A stretch of 64,000 nucleotides of DNA from Candidatus Latescibacterota bacterium. Lineage in GTDB: Bacteria > Latescibacterota > UBA2968 > GCA-2709665. The DNA is taken from positions 2,208,001-2,272,000 of the forward strand of contig OZ252100.1 in assembly GCA_965248435.1 (NCBI GenBank). Reading direction: 5' to 3'. The position numbers and the translations under genes are program-made. Shown here piece after piece: positions 8,794 to 17,714 of the stretch (within the stretch, counting starts at the first letter, position 1; each line of letters starts with the position of its first letter). A model generated the notes under the pieces. It was not told the DNA's origin and searched no databases. It saw nothing but the letters and a program-made list of their open reading frames with translations.

Positions 8794-10731
8794 CTACGAT
8801 GCCGACTTCTTATCAATCTCGCCCCGCATCCTCGCAACAACCTCCTCAAGTCCTGTTTTACCCAGGTCACCCTCACCGTGGCGACGAAGCGATACCGTGC
8901 CCTCTTCCTCTTCCTGTTTGCCGACGATCAACATGTAAGGAATCTTCTGAATTTCGGCCGCTCGTATTTTGTGACCCAGCTTGCCGTCCTGGTCGTCTCT
9001 CTCAACGCGGAACCCTTCTCTTTTGAGACGTTCCGCAACCTTTTCGCCATAACCGGCAACGGCATCGGAAATCGGCAACACAATCGCCTGGACGGGCGCG
9101 ATCCACAACGGAAAATTGCCCGCGTAGTGCTCGATCAACACGCCGAAGAACCGCTCCATCGACCCCAACAGCGTCCGATGGACCATGTAGGGCCGATGAC
9201 GGTGGCCATCCTGGCCCACGAAGTTCAGATCGAACCGCTCTGGGAGATTGAAGTCGAACTGAATCGTGCTGCACTGCCATTCCCTGTCCAGCGTGTCATT
9301 GATCATCACGTCGATTTTCGGTCCGTAGAAGGCACCTGCACCTTCGTCAATCCGGTATGGCACACCGTGGGCATCCACGGTTCGCCGAAGGGCGTCCGTC
9401 GCCCGATCCCAGTCTTCGAGATCACCCACGTACTTCTCGGGGCGCGTTGAGATATGCAAACCGAAGTCCTCGAAACCGAAGGAGCCCAGGATGTTCAGCG
9501 TGAAGTCGATGACCCGGCCGATTTCGTCCTCCACCTGGTCCGGCCGACAAAAGATGTGGGCGTCGTCCTGAGTAAACCCGCGAACGCGCATCAAACCGTG
9601 CAACACGCCTGCACGCTCGTAGCGGTAAACGGTACCCAGTTCGGCCCAGCGAAAGGGGAGCTCACGATAGCTCCTCAGGCGGCTTTTGTAGATCATACTG
9701 TGGAAGGGACAGTTCATCGGCTTGGCGAAATACTCTTGCCCGTCGATGTCCATCGGGGCGTACATGCTCTCCCGAAAGTAGTCGAGGTGTCCGCTCTTCT
9801 CCCAGAGCCTAGACCGACCCACGTGTGGGGATCCGACCAGCTCGTAGCCCCCGTCATAATGTTCCTGGCGCCAGAAGGTTTCGATCTCGTTCCGGATGCG
9901 GGCACCCTTAGGATGCCAGAGTACCAGACCCGGACCCACGAGGTCATTCACTGAGAACAGATCCAGCTCCGAGCCCAGTATGCGATGGTCGCGCCGCTTC
10001 GCCTCTTCCAGCCGGTCCAGGTACGCCTTCAGATCCTTCCCGTCCGGAAAAGAGATGCCATATATCCGCTGGAGCATCTTGTTCGATTCGTCGCCACGCC
10101 AATAGGCCCCCGAAGAACCCAGGAGCTTAACTTCCTTGATCTTTCCCGTGCTCGGAACGTGTGGGCCCCGACACAGATCGCACCACTTGTCCTCATTTCT
10201 GTAGATGCTGATCGTCTGATCAGGCTCGATTTCCGAAAGAATCTCCAACTTATACGCTTCGTCCAGGTCTTCGAAGATCTTCAGGGCTTCTTCCCTGGAC
10301 ACTTCCTGCCTTTCGAAGCGCTGATCTTCGGAGATGATCTCATGCATCCGGTCTTCGATCTTCTCGAGTTCGTCGGGTGTGAACGGCTGCTCCCGATCGA
10401 AATCGTAGTAGAATCCGTTCTCTATCGGAGGACCGATGGTGACCTTCACATCCGGAAACAGATCCTGCACCGCCTGCGCCAAAATGTGGGCCGTGGAGTG
10501 CCAGTAGACCTCTTTGCCCTCAGGCGCTGCAAAGGTCAGGATCTCAACCAGTGCATCGCTCTCGAGCGAAGCGCTCAGGTCAACCGGCATTCCCTCCACC
10601 TTCCCAGCCAGCGCTGCACGTGACAAGCCGGGGCCGATCGCGTCAGCCACCTCTTTAATCGAGGTCTGCGCAGGGAAGGTCTTCTGCGACCGGTCGGGTA
10701 AAGTAACCGTGATGTCCCCGTTGGCGACCAA
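8794..10731 (-). CDS. thrS: Threonine--tRNA ligase
   Basis: TGS domain, HSTAH, DLCRGPHV, KPMNCP, RVRGFTQDDAHIF, GAFYGPKID. Confidence 0.98.
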   Translation of the reverse strand: MVANGDITVTLPDRSQKTFPAQTSIKEVADAIGPGLSRAALAGKVEGMPVDLSASLESDALVEILTFAAPEGKEVYWHSTAHILAQAVQDLFPDVKVTIGPPIENGFYYDFDREQPFTPDELEKIEDRMHEIISEDQRFERQEVSREEALKIFEDLDEAYKLEILSEIEPDQTISIYRNEDKWCDLCRGPHVPSTGKIKEVKLLGSSGAYWRGDESNKMLQRIYGISFPDGKDLKAYLDRLEEAKRRDHRILGSELDLFSVNDLVGPGLVLWHPKGARIRNEIETFWRQEHYDGGYELVGSPHVGRSRLWEKSGHLDYFRESMYAPMDIDGQEYFAKPMNCPFHSMIYKSRLRSYRELPFRWAELGTVYRYERAGVLHGLMRVRGFTQDDAHIFCRPDQVEDEIGRVIDFTLNILGSFGFEDFGLHISTRPEKYVGDLEDWDRATDALRRTVDAHGVPYRIDEGAGAFYGPKIDVMINDTLDREWQCSTIQFDFNLPERFDLNFVGQDGHRHRPYMVHRTLLGSMERFFGVLIEHYAGNFPLWIAPVQAIVLPISDAVAGYGEKVAERLKREGFRVERDDQDGKLGHKIRAAEIQKIPYMLIVGKQEEEEGTVSLRRHGEGDLGKTGLEEVVARMRGEIDKKSAS

Positions 10732-10888
10732 GGTTCTCCCTATTCTCAGTTCTCTGCCACCAATTTCTTACAAACAAAAAGACGCGCCACATGCGTCTTT
10801 GCGCGCCCGGAAAATTCAAAATGTCAGACCATTTATGCGCTCGGCACTCCTCAAGCGAGGACAATGAGATTAATAAGAAAGTTAAGAA

Positions 10889-10917
10889 AATCTATCTCAT
10901 CCACAAGTTCTTGTCAA
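10889..10917 (-). promoter_or_regulatory. Sigma70-type promoter for the thrS operon
   Basis: TTGACA-17 nt-TAGATT on the minus strand. Confidence 0.65.
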
Positions 10918-10943
10918 GGAAATTCCTCAATTTTCAGCCGTTT

Positions 10944-11750
10944 TCAGCCCTCCAGCACGTAGAAGGTCTCTCCGGGATAAGCCATCTTCCGAACCCCTAC
11001 TCGGAGCTCGGCCAGGATCCCCTTCATCACGGACTCATAGTAGGATTCCATACCTTTCTCCCGCCCCCCGAGGCTTTGTGCAGGGAAGGACACGACGACG
11101 ATTTCAGATTCCAGCCGTTTGAGCAAGTCAAGTCCGCTCCCCTTCTTCTGCTGCTCGAGAATCGGGATCGTCTTGAGGAGCAGAACCATATCGGATCCCG
11201 GGTCGGGGCATCCTGTCAGAATATCTCCGCACTTCACCCTGGCAGGCTGGCCCATTCGCCCAAAAAAACGATCGATCAGGGAGGTCAGTCTTTCGTCTAC
11301 GTCAACCGCGATGTACTCCGTCGACCGCTTCAGGGCCATCCAGGGCAGTGCAAACGGGTTTAAACCACAGGCCAGGTCGAGAAGCGTAGCGGGGATTCCG
11401 ACCATTCGAAAGAGTGCAGGATAAAAATCGGCAAGAATGGGCAGGCGTTCTGCAGTGGACGCGTGGCATTTGAGGATTTCAGAGCAGGTCTGCTCGAGGT
11501 GTGATTCGGACACATCACCCTCAAGACCCTCGACGAGCTCTGCAGCCCGGGTAAGATCGGCCTGATCCAGATAAGCCCCATAGACCTGGTGAAGCTTCCG
11601 CTTTGCGGCCTTCGTGGCGGCCTTCAGCGAGGGATGCCGCGACTGTGCCCACTCGGCCACGCGATAAAGCGCGTCTTCGCACAGGTACTGATACTTCTTC
11701 GTCTGCTTTAGGTGATCTACGATTTCTTTGCGGAGGTCGCTCGCCGTCAT
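10944..11750 (-). CDS. 16S rRNA (guanine(1405)-N7)-methyltransferase, Sgm/FmrO/ArmA/Rmt family
   Basis: KRKLHQVYGAY, HASTAERL, LDLACGLNP, LLLKTIPILEQQ and VVSFPAQSLGGREKGMESYY are family hallmark motifs. Confidence 0.9.
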   Translation of the reverse strand: MTASDLRKEIVDHLKQTKKYQYLCEDALYRVAEWAQSRHPSLKAATKAAKRKLHQVYGAYLDQADLTRAAELVEGLEGDVSESHLEQTCSEILKCHASTAERLPILADFYPALFRMVGIPATLLDLACGLNPFALPWMALKRSTEYIAVDVDERLTSLIDRFFGRMGQPARVKCGDILTGCPDPGSDMVLLLKTIPILEQQKKGSGLDLLKRLESEIVVVSFPAQSLGGREKGMESYYESVMKGILAELRVGVRKMAYPGETFYVLEG

Positions 11751-11772
11751 GAGAAATACGTCCTTCGCGACA

Positions 11773-11857
11773 ACGGACCGCGGACTGCAGACCGCTAGAG
11801 TCTAAAGGCGATTTCATCTCGCGGTCTGCCGTCTGTCGTCCGCCGTCCGCCGTCCGC
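11773..11857. repeat. Heptamer-based inverted repeat element (GGACGGC/CAGACCG family), copy 1 of 6
   Basis: ACGGACCGCGGACTGCAGACCGC...GCGGTCTGCCGTCTGTCGTCCGCCGTCCG. Similar elements near 16278, 22964, 39370, 52862 and 54213. Confidence 0.7.
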
Positions 11858-11859
11858 CC

Positions 11860-12930
11860 TTAGCGAAGCCGCTCCATCATTTTGGCGTAGAATCTCAGAT
11901 TGTGCAGCGTCGCGAGCCGTTTGCCCAGACTTTCCTTCACCTTAAACAGATGGTGGAGATAGCCGCGGGTAAACTGGCTACAGCAGGGACAGTCGCACCG
12001 TTCATCGACAGGTAGCCCATCCCTGGCAAACCTTTCGTCACCGATGTAAAGATACCGCCAGAAGTCTTCACTCTGGGATCCGAAGCCGTCCCAGTCGATC
12101 TCTAATGTATAGAGTCGACCCTGGCGGGCGTCGCGTGTCGGCATGACACAATCAAAGAGGTCATATCCGAAGCGATGGGCCTTCATCAGGTTGTCCGGAT
12201 TTCCGATTCCCAGGCCGTGTGTGGGATGACCTTCTGGAATCTGCTCGGCGACGAAGCCGACAATATCCAGTAGGTGTCCATCCTTGTCGATCGGCCAGCC
12301 CCCGAATCCGTAGCCGTCAAACCCGATCTCGAAAAGCGACTCCGCGCAGCGCAAGCGCAGAGCCCGGTCTTTACCGCCGTGGACAACCCCAAAAAGCAGC
12401 GGGCGCTGGGTGCCGCCGGCCCCCGAGTCCAGGAGCCGGTTGAACTCCGCCCTGCACCGGCGGGACCAAGCGACGGTCCGCTCAACACTCTCGGTCTGCG
12501 CACGCGTATCCTCGTCGGGATGGGTGCAATGGTCGAGGCAGAACATGATGTCCGCACCCAACTGAAACTGTTTCTGAATACACGTTTCCGGAGTCAGGCG
12601 ACGCTTCTTTCCACCATCCGGCTTGTAGACAAAGCCTTCTGAGGAGACCCGTCCCTTCCTGATGAGTGAATGCATCTGAAATCCACCCGAGTCCGAAGCA
12701 ATCGGTCCGCCCCATCCCGTAAAGGAATGGATGCCTCCCAGGCTCTCGATCAAGGAGATTCCGGGCCGGTTCCAAAGATGCAGCGTGTTGACCATGAACC
12801 CCTCAATCCCAACCTCCTTCAAATCGGCCGGTCCTAGACCACGTACGACGCCCATCGTCCCGTCAGGCAGGAAGGCCGGCAATCGAAGCGACCCGTGTCC
12901 AGACTGCACCTGCTTCAAACGCTCGTCCAT
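11860..12930 (-). CDS. tgt: tRNA-guanine transglycosylase family protein (atypical base pocket)
   Basis: DSGGFQ, LDHC, FDCVMPTR and Zn site CDCPCC...H present. GVVHGG and GGWPI replace the usual GIxQGG and GGLxVGE. Confidence 0.85.
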   Translation of the reverse strand: MDERLKQVQSGHGSLRLPAFLPDGTMGVVRGLGPADLKEVGIEGFMVNTLHLWNRPGISLIESLGGIHSFTGWGGPIASDSGGFQMHSLIRKGRVSSEGFVYKPDGGKKRRLTPETCIQKQFQLGADIMFCLDHCTHPDEDTRAQTESVERTVAWSRRCRAEFNRLLDSGAGGTQRPLLFGVVHGGKDRALRLRCAESLFEIGFDGYGFGGWPIDKDGHLLDIVGFVAEQIPEGHPTHGLGIGNPDNLMKAHRFGYDLFDCVMPTRDARQGRLYTLEIDWDGFGSQSEDFWRYLYIGDERFARDGLPVDERCDCPCCSQFTRGYLHHLFKVKESLGKRLATLHNLRFYAKMMERLR

Positions 12931-12936
12931 GCGCCC

Positions 12937-13590
12937 TCAGGGCAAATGCAGCATTTTGTGGATTCGACACGAAAGCCGCCAGCTCGGATGTCGCGTCAGA
13001 ATCTCGAGAGTTTTATGGATATACTCTGGTCTGTTCGACTCCGGCTGAAGGTAGATGAACTCCGCGCGATCTTCTTCGACGATGTCCTCCCGGAACGCCT
13101 TGCCCACGACATATTTCAACTCGGTGATCACTTTCAGTCCCGGCGCGAGATTCCGACGCTTGGGGGACACCGTCCAGTGATCGATCAAGTCGTAGAGTTC
13201 GCCATCCGGCTCCAGAGCACCGTTCGTCTCGATGTGAATCATGTAGCCAGACCCCTTCAGTGTGTGACAGAGCGGCGTAATGTTCTGGCCCAGCGGTTCC
13301 CCGCCCGTGAGGCAGATCCATCCCGCGCGATGTCTCCTGACTTCCCGAAGGATCTCTTCAAGCCCCATGTCGGTGTAGGAATCAAACTCAGTGTCACAAA
13401 ACGCGCACCGAAGATTGCACCTCGCGAGTCTGACAAACGTCGTCGGCTGTCCGACACGCAGGCCCTCCCCTTCGATCGAGTAGAAGATCTCGTTGATCTG
13501 CAGGGTGTGCCCGTCCTCGCGCCATACAGGCATGCGCTCCTGCGGTGCGGATGGGTTTTCGAGCGCGTCGTTCTCGAACTCTTGACTCAC
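12937..13590 (-). CDS. queE: 7-carboxy-7-deazaguanine synthase (radical SAM)
   Basis: EIFYSIEGEG, CNLRCAFCDT, TGGEP, IETNG, TVSPK, LQP. Confidence 0.9.
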   Translation of the reverse strand: MSQEFENDALENPSAPQERMPVWREDGHTLQINEIFYSIEGEGLRVGQPTTFVRLARCNLRCAFCDTEFDSYTDMGLEEILREVRRHRAGWICLTGGEPLGQNITPLCHTLKGSGYMIHIETNGALEPDGELYDLIDHWTVSPKRRNLAPGLKVITELKYVVGKAFREDIVEEDRAEFIYLQPESNRPEYIHKTLEILTRHPSWRLSCRIHKMLHLP

Positions 13591-13769
13591 ACGAGCGTCC
13601 TTTTTTCTGAACCATCATTTCGTCGATCCTGACAGAATATAGTTTTTGTCCTGAGGATGCGCAATCTGCCTCCAATCGACTTTAAAATCGGAAAACGGCT
13701 TGACAAATCAACCCGGACGATGGACATTTCTGACACGATCCCACCTTCTGACAGACGCTGGACTTCCCG

Positions 13770-14561
13770 ATGCACACCTTCGCTGCCCTAACGATACCTC
13801 GAGACAAGGTAGGGATTCACTGGTTCGGACAAAGTTCCTTCGCACTGAAGGATACCACGGGGACCCTCGTCCAGATCGACCCCTATTTTCCGAGAGAGCG
13901 TCCCTCAGACCGTTTCATCCATCCCGTTTCGCCGCTCGATGAATCCAGCTTGAAGACTCAATTCGTGCTCCTCACGCACGACCACTCGGATCACACCTGC
14001 GTCGAATCCCTCCAGCGCCTCCACGAAGCCTTTCCCGAAACCGTTTTTTTTAGTCCTTCGGAAAGCGTTGCTCGACTCGCGGACTCCGGAATCCCCCAAA
14101 ATCTTCTCAAACAGGTGGCCTCGGGAGACGAAATTCCGATGGGTTCGATGAAAGCCACGGCGGTCTGGGCGAAACCGGCAGCCGGCCACGCGGAAGCAGG
14201 CATCGATCCGCCTGACGTGCATCACCTCGGCTACGTCGTTGAAGCAGGAAACGTGCGTGTCTATGTCTCGGGAGATCCCATCAACACCTTCGCAGAGCGC
14301 GATGACCTCCTGCGTCCCATCGCGAGTCTTTGCCCTCAAATCGGACTCTTAACCACGCATCCTACCGAGGGCGAGTTTCCCTTCTTCGCCGGGTCAGTCG
14401 AAACGGCGCTGGAACTCGGCCTCGAGGCAGCCATTCCCGCCCATTACGATTGCTTTGTCGCGAGGAACTACGACGCCGAGGCCTGGGCGGCGATCTTCCC
14501 TGAGTCCGGCCCCAAGCCGATCGTCATTCCCTACAACAGCGCGATCGTCTACCCCGACTGA
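13770..14561 (+). CDS. MBL-fold metallo-hydrolase (UlaG-like)
   Basis: WFGQSSF, IDPY, THDHSDH, IPAHYD. Confidence 0.85.
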   Translation: MHTFAALTIPRDKVGIHWFGQSSFALKDTTGTLVQIDPYFPRERPSDRFIHPVSPLDESSLKTQFVLLTHDHSDHTCVESLQRLHEAFPETVFFSPSESVARLADSGIPQNLLKQVASGDEIPMGSMKATAVWAKPAAGHAEAGIDPPDVHHLGYVVEAGNVRVYVSGDPINTFAERDDLLRPIASLCPQIGLLTTHPTEGEFPFFAGSVETALELGLEAAIPAHYDCFVARNYDAEAWAAIFPESGPKPIVIPYNSAIVYPD

Positions 14562-14590
14562 TCGCGCCCTGGACGGCAGCCCACGATCCA

Positions 14591-15313
14591 TCACACATAG
14601 TCCTCGGCGTTGTCTTCCGGATCGTATCCAAGTTCCTCACGTGCATTCTGGATGTCCCAGTAGGCGCGCCTATTGTTGGAGATCCCGTAATAGATCCCGA
14701 ACGTCACGGGCTCTGCTTCGATGCTGCGTCGGATAAGCTGAACGGCGTCCCGGTGGCTCAGCCAGGTCGAAAGAATCCGGTCGTCTCCCCTGTTGCGAAC
14801 GGAGGCTTCGGGTTGAAAGGTGCCGATTCGTAAACAGATCACCGAAAGTCCGAATCGATCGACGTAGTGCCGGCCGAGATGCTCTCCAAAGGCCTTACTG
14901 ACGCCGTAGAGACTGTCCGGGCGGCAGGGCATGTCCGGACGGGTATAGACGCCCTCCTGCTCGTAGAATCCGGTCACGTGGTTGGTGCTGGCAAACACAA
15001 TTCGCTTGACGCCCGATCGGCGGGCCGCTTCGAACACGGTGTAGGTGCCTCGAATGTTGGCTTCGAGGACCGCATCCCAGGGCGCGTCCAGATTCGGGTT
15101 TCCCGCCAGGTGAACAATCGCCTCGATCCCATCGACGACCTCCACCATGTGATCCAGTTGGGTGACGTCTCCAACAAAAATTTCTTCACCCGCAGTCGCG
15201 GATAGTGGCGCGCGGTCGTGGAGGCGCAACCGATACCGGTCCTTAAGGCCCTCACGTAGGACTCGACCGACGCCTCCGGCCGCCCCGGTGACAAGAAGGT
15301 TTTTGCGGTCCAT
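14591..15313 (-). CDS. NAD-dependent epimerase/dehydrogenase (uronate dehydrogenase-like)
   Basis: TGAAGGVG, ASTNHVTG, YGVSK, WLSHRD, YYGISNN. Confidence 0.85.
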   Translation of the reverse strand: MDRKNLLVTGAAGGVGRVLREGLKDRYRLRLHDRAPLSATAGEEIFVGDVTQLDHMVEVVDGIEAIVHLAGNPNLDAPWDAVLEANIRGTYTVFEAARRSGVKRIVFASTNHVTGFYEQEGVYTRPDMPCRPDSLYGVSKAFGEHLGRHYVDRFGLSVICLRIGTFQPEASVRNRGDDRILSTWLSHRDAVQLIRRSIEAEPVTFGIYYGISNNRRAYWDIQNAREELGYDPEDNAEDYV

Positions 15314-15408
15314 TTAGATCCCTGCTGCGGTCTATTCCAAATTGATTTCCAATATCATTGAAAATTGGTTACTGGACATTGGAGATCGGATGTTTTTCTT
15401 TTTAGCCT

Positions 15409-16134
15409 ATGAAAGTCCTCATCCTGGCCGCCGGATACGCCACCCGTCTCTACCCGATAACCAGAAACTTCCCGAAGGCGCTCCTGGAAGTCGGGGGAAA
15501 GACCGTCCTCGATCACCTCTTTCAGAGCCTCGACGCCCTGGAAGTAGACACGGTCCACCTCGTAACAAACAGCCTCTTCGCGGATCGGTTCAAGGCCTGG
15601 AGAACTTCATCGAAGCGCGACCGGCTGGACATCATCGACGATGGCACAGCGTCGAGCGAAACGCGTTTGGAGGCCGTTGGGGATATGAGGCTCGCCGTCA
15701 CGTCCCGTGATATCAGAGACGACCTCCTCGTTTGTGCTGCGGACAACATCTTTCGGTTCCCATTTTCAGGACTCAGGGATGCCTTCCGCACTCATCCGCT
15801 TGCCCACGTCTGCGCCTACCAGGAGCAAAGCTTGGAAAAGCGCCAGGAAAAAGGCAATGTCGTTCTGGATGAAGACAATCGGATCCTCGAAATGCACGAA
15901 AAACCCCGAAATCCGAAATCACTGTGGGCAACGGCCCCCCTTTACGTGTATCCAGCCTCAACCCTTCCTCGAATCGAGGAGTACTTGCACATCGGCGAGA
16001 GTCCTGACGCGCCGGGCCACTTTTTGGAATGGCTTTGTAGTGTTGAGCCGGTCTATGCCTACCCCATTCAAGGCTCGGTCCTGGACATCGGCAGCCCGGA
16101 GTCTCTCGCGGAGGCGAGAAAAAAGCTTAGGTGA
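15409..16134 (+). CDS. Sugar-phosphate nucleotidyltransferase
   Basis: ILAAGYATRLYPIT...PKALL, EKP, DIG. Confidence 0.88.
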   Translation: MKVLILAAGYATRLYPITRNFPKALLEVGGKTVLDHLFQSLDALEVDTVHLVTNSLFADRFKAWRTSSKRDRLDIIDDGTASSETRLEAVGDMRLAVTSRDIRDDLLVCAADNIFRFPFSGLRDAFRTHPLAHVCAYQEQSLEKRQEKGNVVLDEDNRILEMHEKPRNPKSLWATAPLYVYPASTLPRIEEYLHIGESPDAPGHFLEWLCSVEPVYAYPIQGSVLDIGSPESLAEARKKLR

Positions 16135-16137
16135 ATC

Positions 16138-16165
16138 GTAGAGACGCCCGGTGGGGCTTCTCTAC
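16138..16165. repeat. GTAG-type REP-like palindrome
   Basis: GTAGAGACGCCC...GGGCTTCTCTAC directly after the stop codon. Confidence 0.55.
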
Positions 16166-16277
16166 GACCTTCCTGAAACCCGTGCCAAACCTGATCAAGT
16201 CCCCATAAACCGTGGGTATGCTACACATCGGGCGTTTGCCTGTCAAGCCTGGCTCTGGTCCAAAAAGAAGCTATTCT

Positions 16278-16365
16278 GACCACAGACCACAGACCACGGA
16301 CGGCTCAACCGCAAGAAGCATCTCGTTATCATATGCGGTCTGCGGTCCGTCGTCGGCGGTCTGCC
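16278..16365. repeat. Heptamer inverted repeat element, copy 2
   Basis: GACCACAGACCACAGACCACGGACGG...GCGGTCTGCGGTCCGTCGTCGGCGGTCTG. Confidence 0.65.
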
Positions 16366-16381
16366 TCATGCAATCTATGCC

Positions 16382-16409
16382 TTGACTTAATGGGCTGCCT
16401 CTCTATATT
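16382..16409 (+). promoter_or_regulatory. Promoter of candidate sRNA
   Basis: TTGACT-16 nt-TATATT. Confidence 0.55.
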
Positions 16410-16414
16410 TATTG

Positions 16415-16540
16415 TGGGAGGTAAAACTCCTAAAAGTGCCTTGAATCTACAGATGGTGACCCAACCGGAAGTTATTCCACTTTTATAGTGGAACTTCGTC
16501 AATAATTTTCGGCACCTAGTAGGTTAGGCGCTTTTTTTTT
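16415..16540 (+). ncRNA. Candidate structured sRNA or attenuator
   Basis: Hairpins GGAG/CTCC, GTGCC/GGCAC and TTCCACT/AGTGGAA, then terminator GCACCTA/TAGGCGC followed by a T-run. Confidence 0.45.
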
Positions 16541-16620
16541 GGCTTTAACCTCAGGCGTGCGTGCACTATATCGTTTATTTTCAACGTGTTATTCAAAAAC
16601 ACCCGATTCACATTAAGAAC

Positions 16621-16649
16621 TTGACCAATGAACGAATGTGCACTATATT
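16621..16649 (+). promoter_or_regulatory. Promoter of the sigma factor gene
   Basis: TTGACC-17 nt-TATATT. Confidence 0.6.
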
Positions 16650-16707
16650 TCAGAAGCTACAGAGGAAACCTCAGTCACAAAAGTTCTTGTTCATGGAGGA
16701 GCGACTC

Positions 16708-17556
16708 GTGAGATCTTCTCGCCCGTTCACAGAAGAAAAATCCCTGGAATACTACTATCGCGAGGTCGATCGTCATCCGCCCATTACTGCAGAGGATGAA
16801 AGGGCCCTGGCCATCCGCATCGAACTCGGTGACGAGACCGCCCTGGACAAACTCGTAAAGGCCAACCTCCGGTTTGTCATCCACGTGGCCAAAGACTTTC
16901 AGAACCTGGGCCTTTCCATGGCCGACCTGATCAATGAAGGCAATTTGGGGTTGGTCACCGCTGCTCGCAAATTTGACCGTCGCAAAGGATGCAAGTTTAT
17001 CACCTACGCCGTGTGGTGGATTCGACAAAACATCCTCAATGCCCTGGAGGTCCAGACGCGCACGATCAGGGTCCCGGCCAACATTCTCAACGACATAAAC
17101 AAGCTGCGCAAGGCCAGCTCCCGCCTCGCCCAGAGTCTCGAACGAGATCCCACGGCGCAGGAGGTCGCAGACGAGGTCGAGTGCAGTGCGGAAAAAGTGG
17201 CCTACACGATGGCAGCAGACCCGAGCACCATCTCCCTGGACACCCCTCTCTACGAGGATATGGATGTAAGCCTCGAGGAATCCCTGCCGGACAGCAATGC
17301 ACCACTTCCGGATGAAGTCGCCATCAATAAATCGATGAGAACAGATGTTGACACGGTTTTCAGCAGTCTTTCAGAGCGCCACAGAAAGGTGCTCTCCCTC
17401 TGTTTTGGGCTCAACGGACATTTGCCCTCAACCTACCATCAGATCGGGACGCAACTCGGCGTGAGTCGAGAACGCGTTCGCCAGCTCAAAGAAGACGCGC
17501 TCAGAAAACTGAGGCAGCCCGCCCTCTGTAAACGCCTTTCGGCCTACGTCGAGTAA
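16708..17556 (+). CDS. RNA polymerase sigma-70 factor (RpoD/RpoS-like, lacking region 1.1)
   Basis: ANLRFVIHVAK, DLINEGNLGL, FITYAVWWIRQ, RTIRVP, VSRERVRQ. GGAGGAG RBS before GTG 16708. Confidence 0.92.
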   Translation: MRSSRPFTEEKSLEYYYREVDRHPPITAEDERALAIRIELGDETALDKLVKANLRFVIHVAKDFQNLGLSMADLINEGNLGLVTAARKFDRRKGCKFITYAVWWIRQNILNALEVQTRTIRVPANILNDINKLRKASSRLAQSLERDPTAQEVADEVECSAEKVAYTMAADPSTISLDTPLYEDMDVSLEESLPDSNAPLPDEVAINKSMRTDVDTVFSSLSERHRKVLSLCFGLNGHLPSTYHQIGTQLGVSRERVRQLKEDALRKLRQPALCKRLSAYVE

Positions 17557-17714
17557 CGTCTCCCAACCTCCAATTCCTCTCGCTTTTGGTAGCTCACTGC
17601 ACCCCACTGTGCCATCCGCTCCATCTTCTTCTTATCCTTGACACGATGGGCTAGAATACCCCTATTTACACTACCTTCCCGCGTTATCTACGATCGCATC
17701 TTTAGGACCATAAA

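Noticed and set aside
11860-13590. dpd DNA 7-deazaguanine modification island
   Set aside because: No dpdB/C/D, helicase or other dpd genes; the TGT keeps bacterial tRNA-TGT-like motifs.
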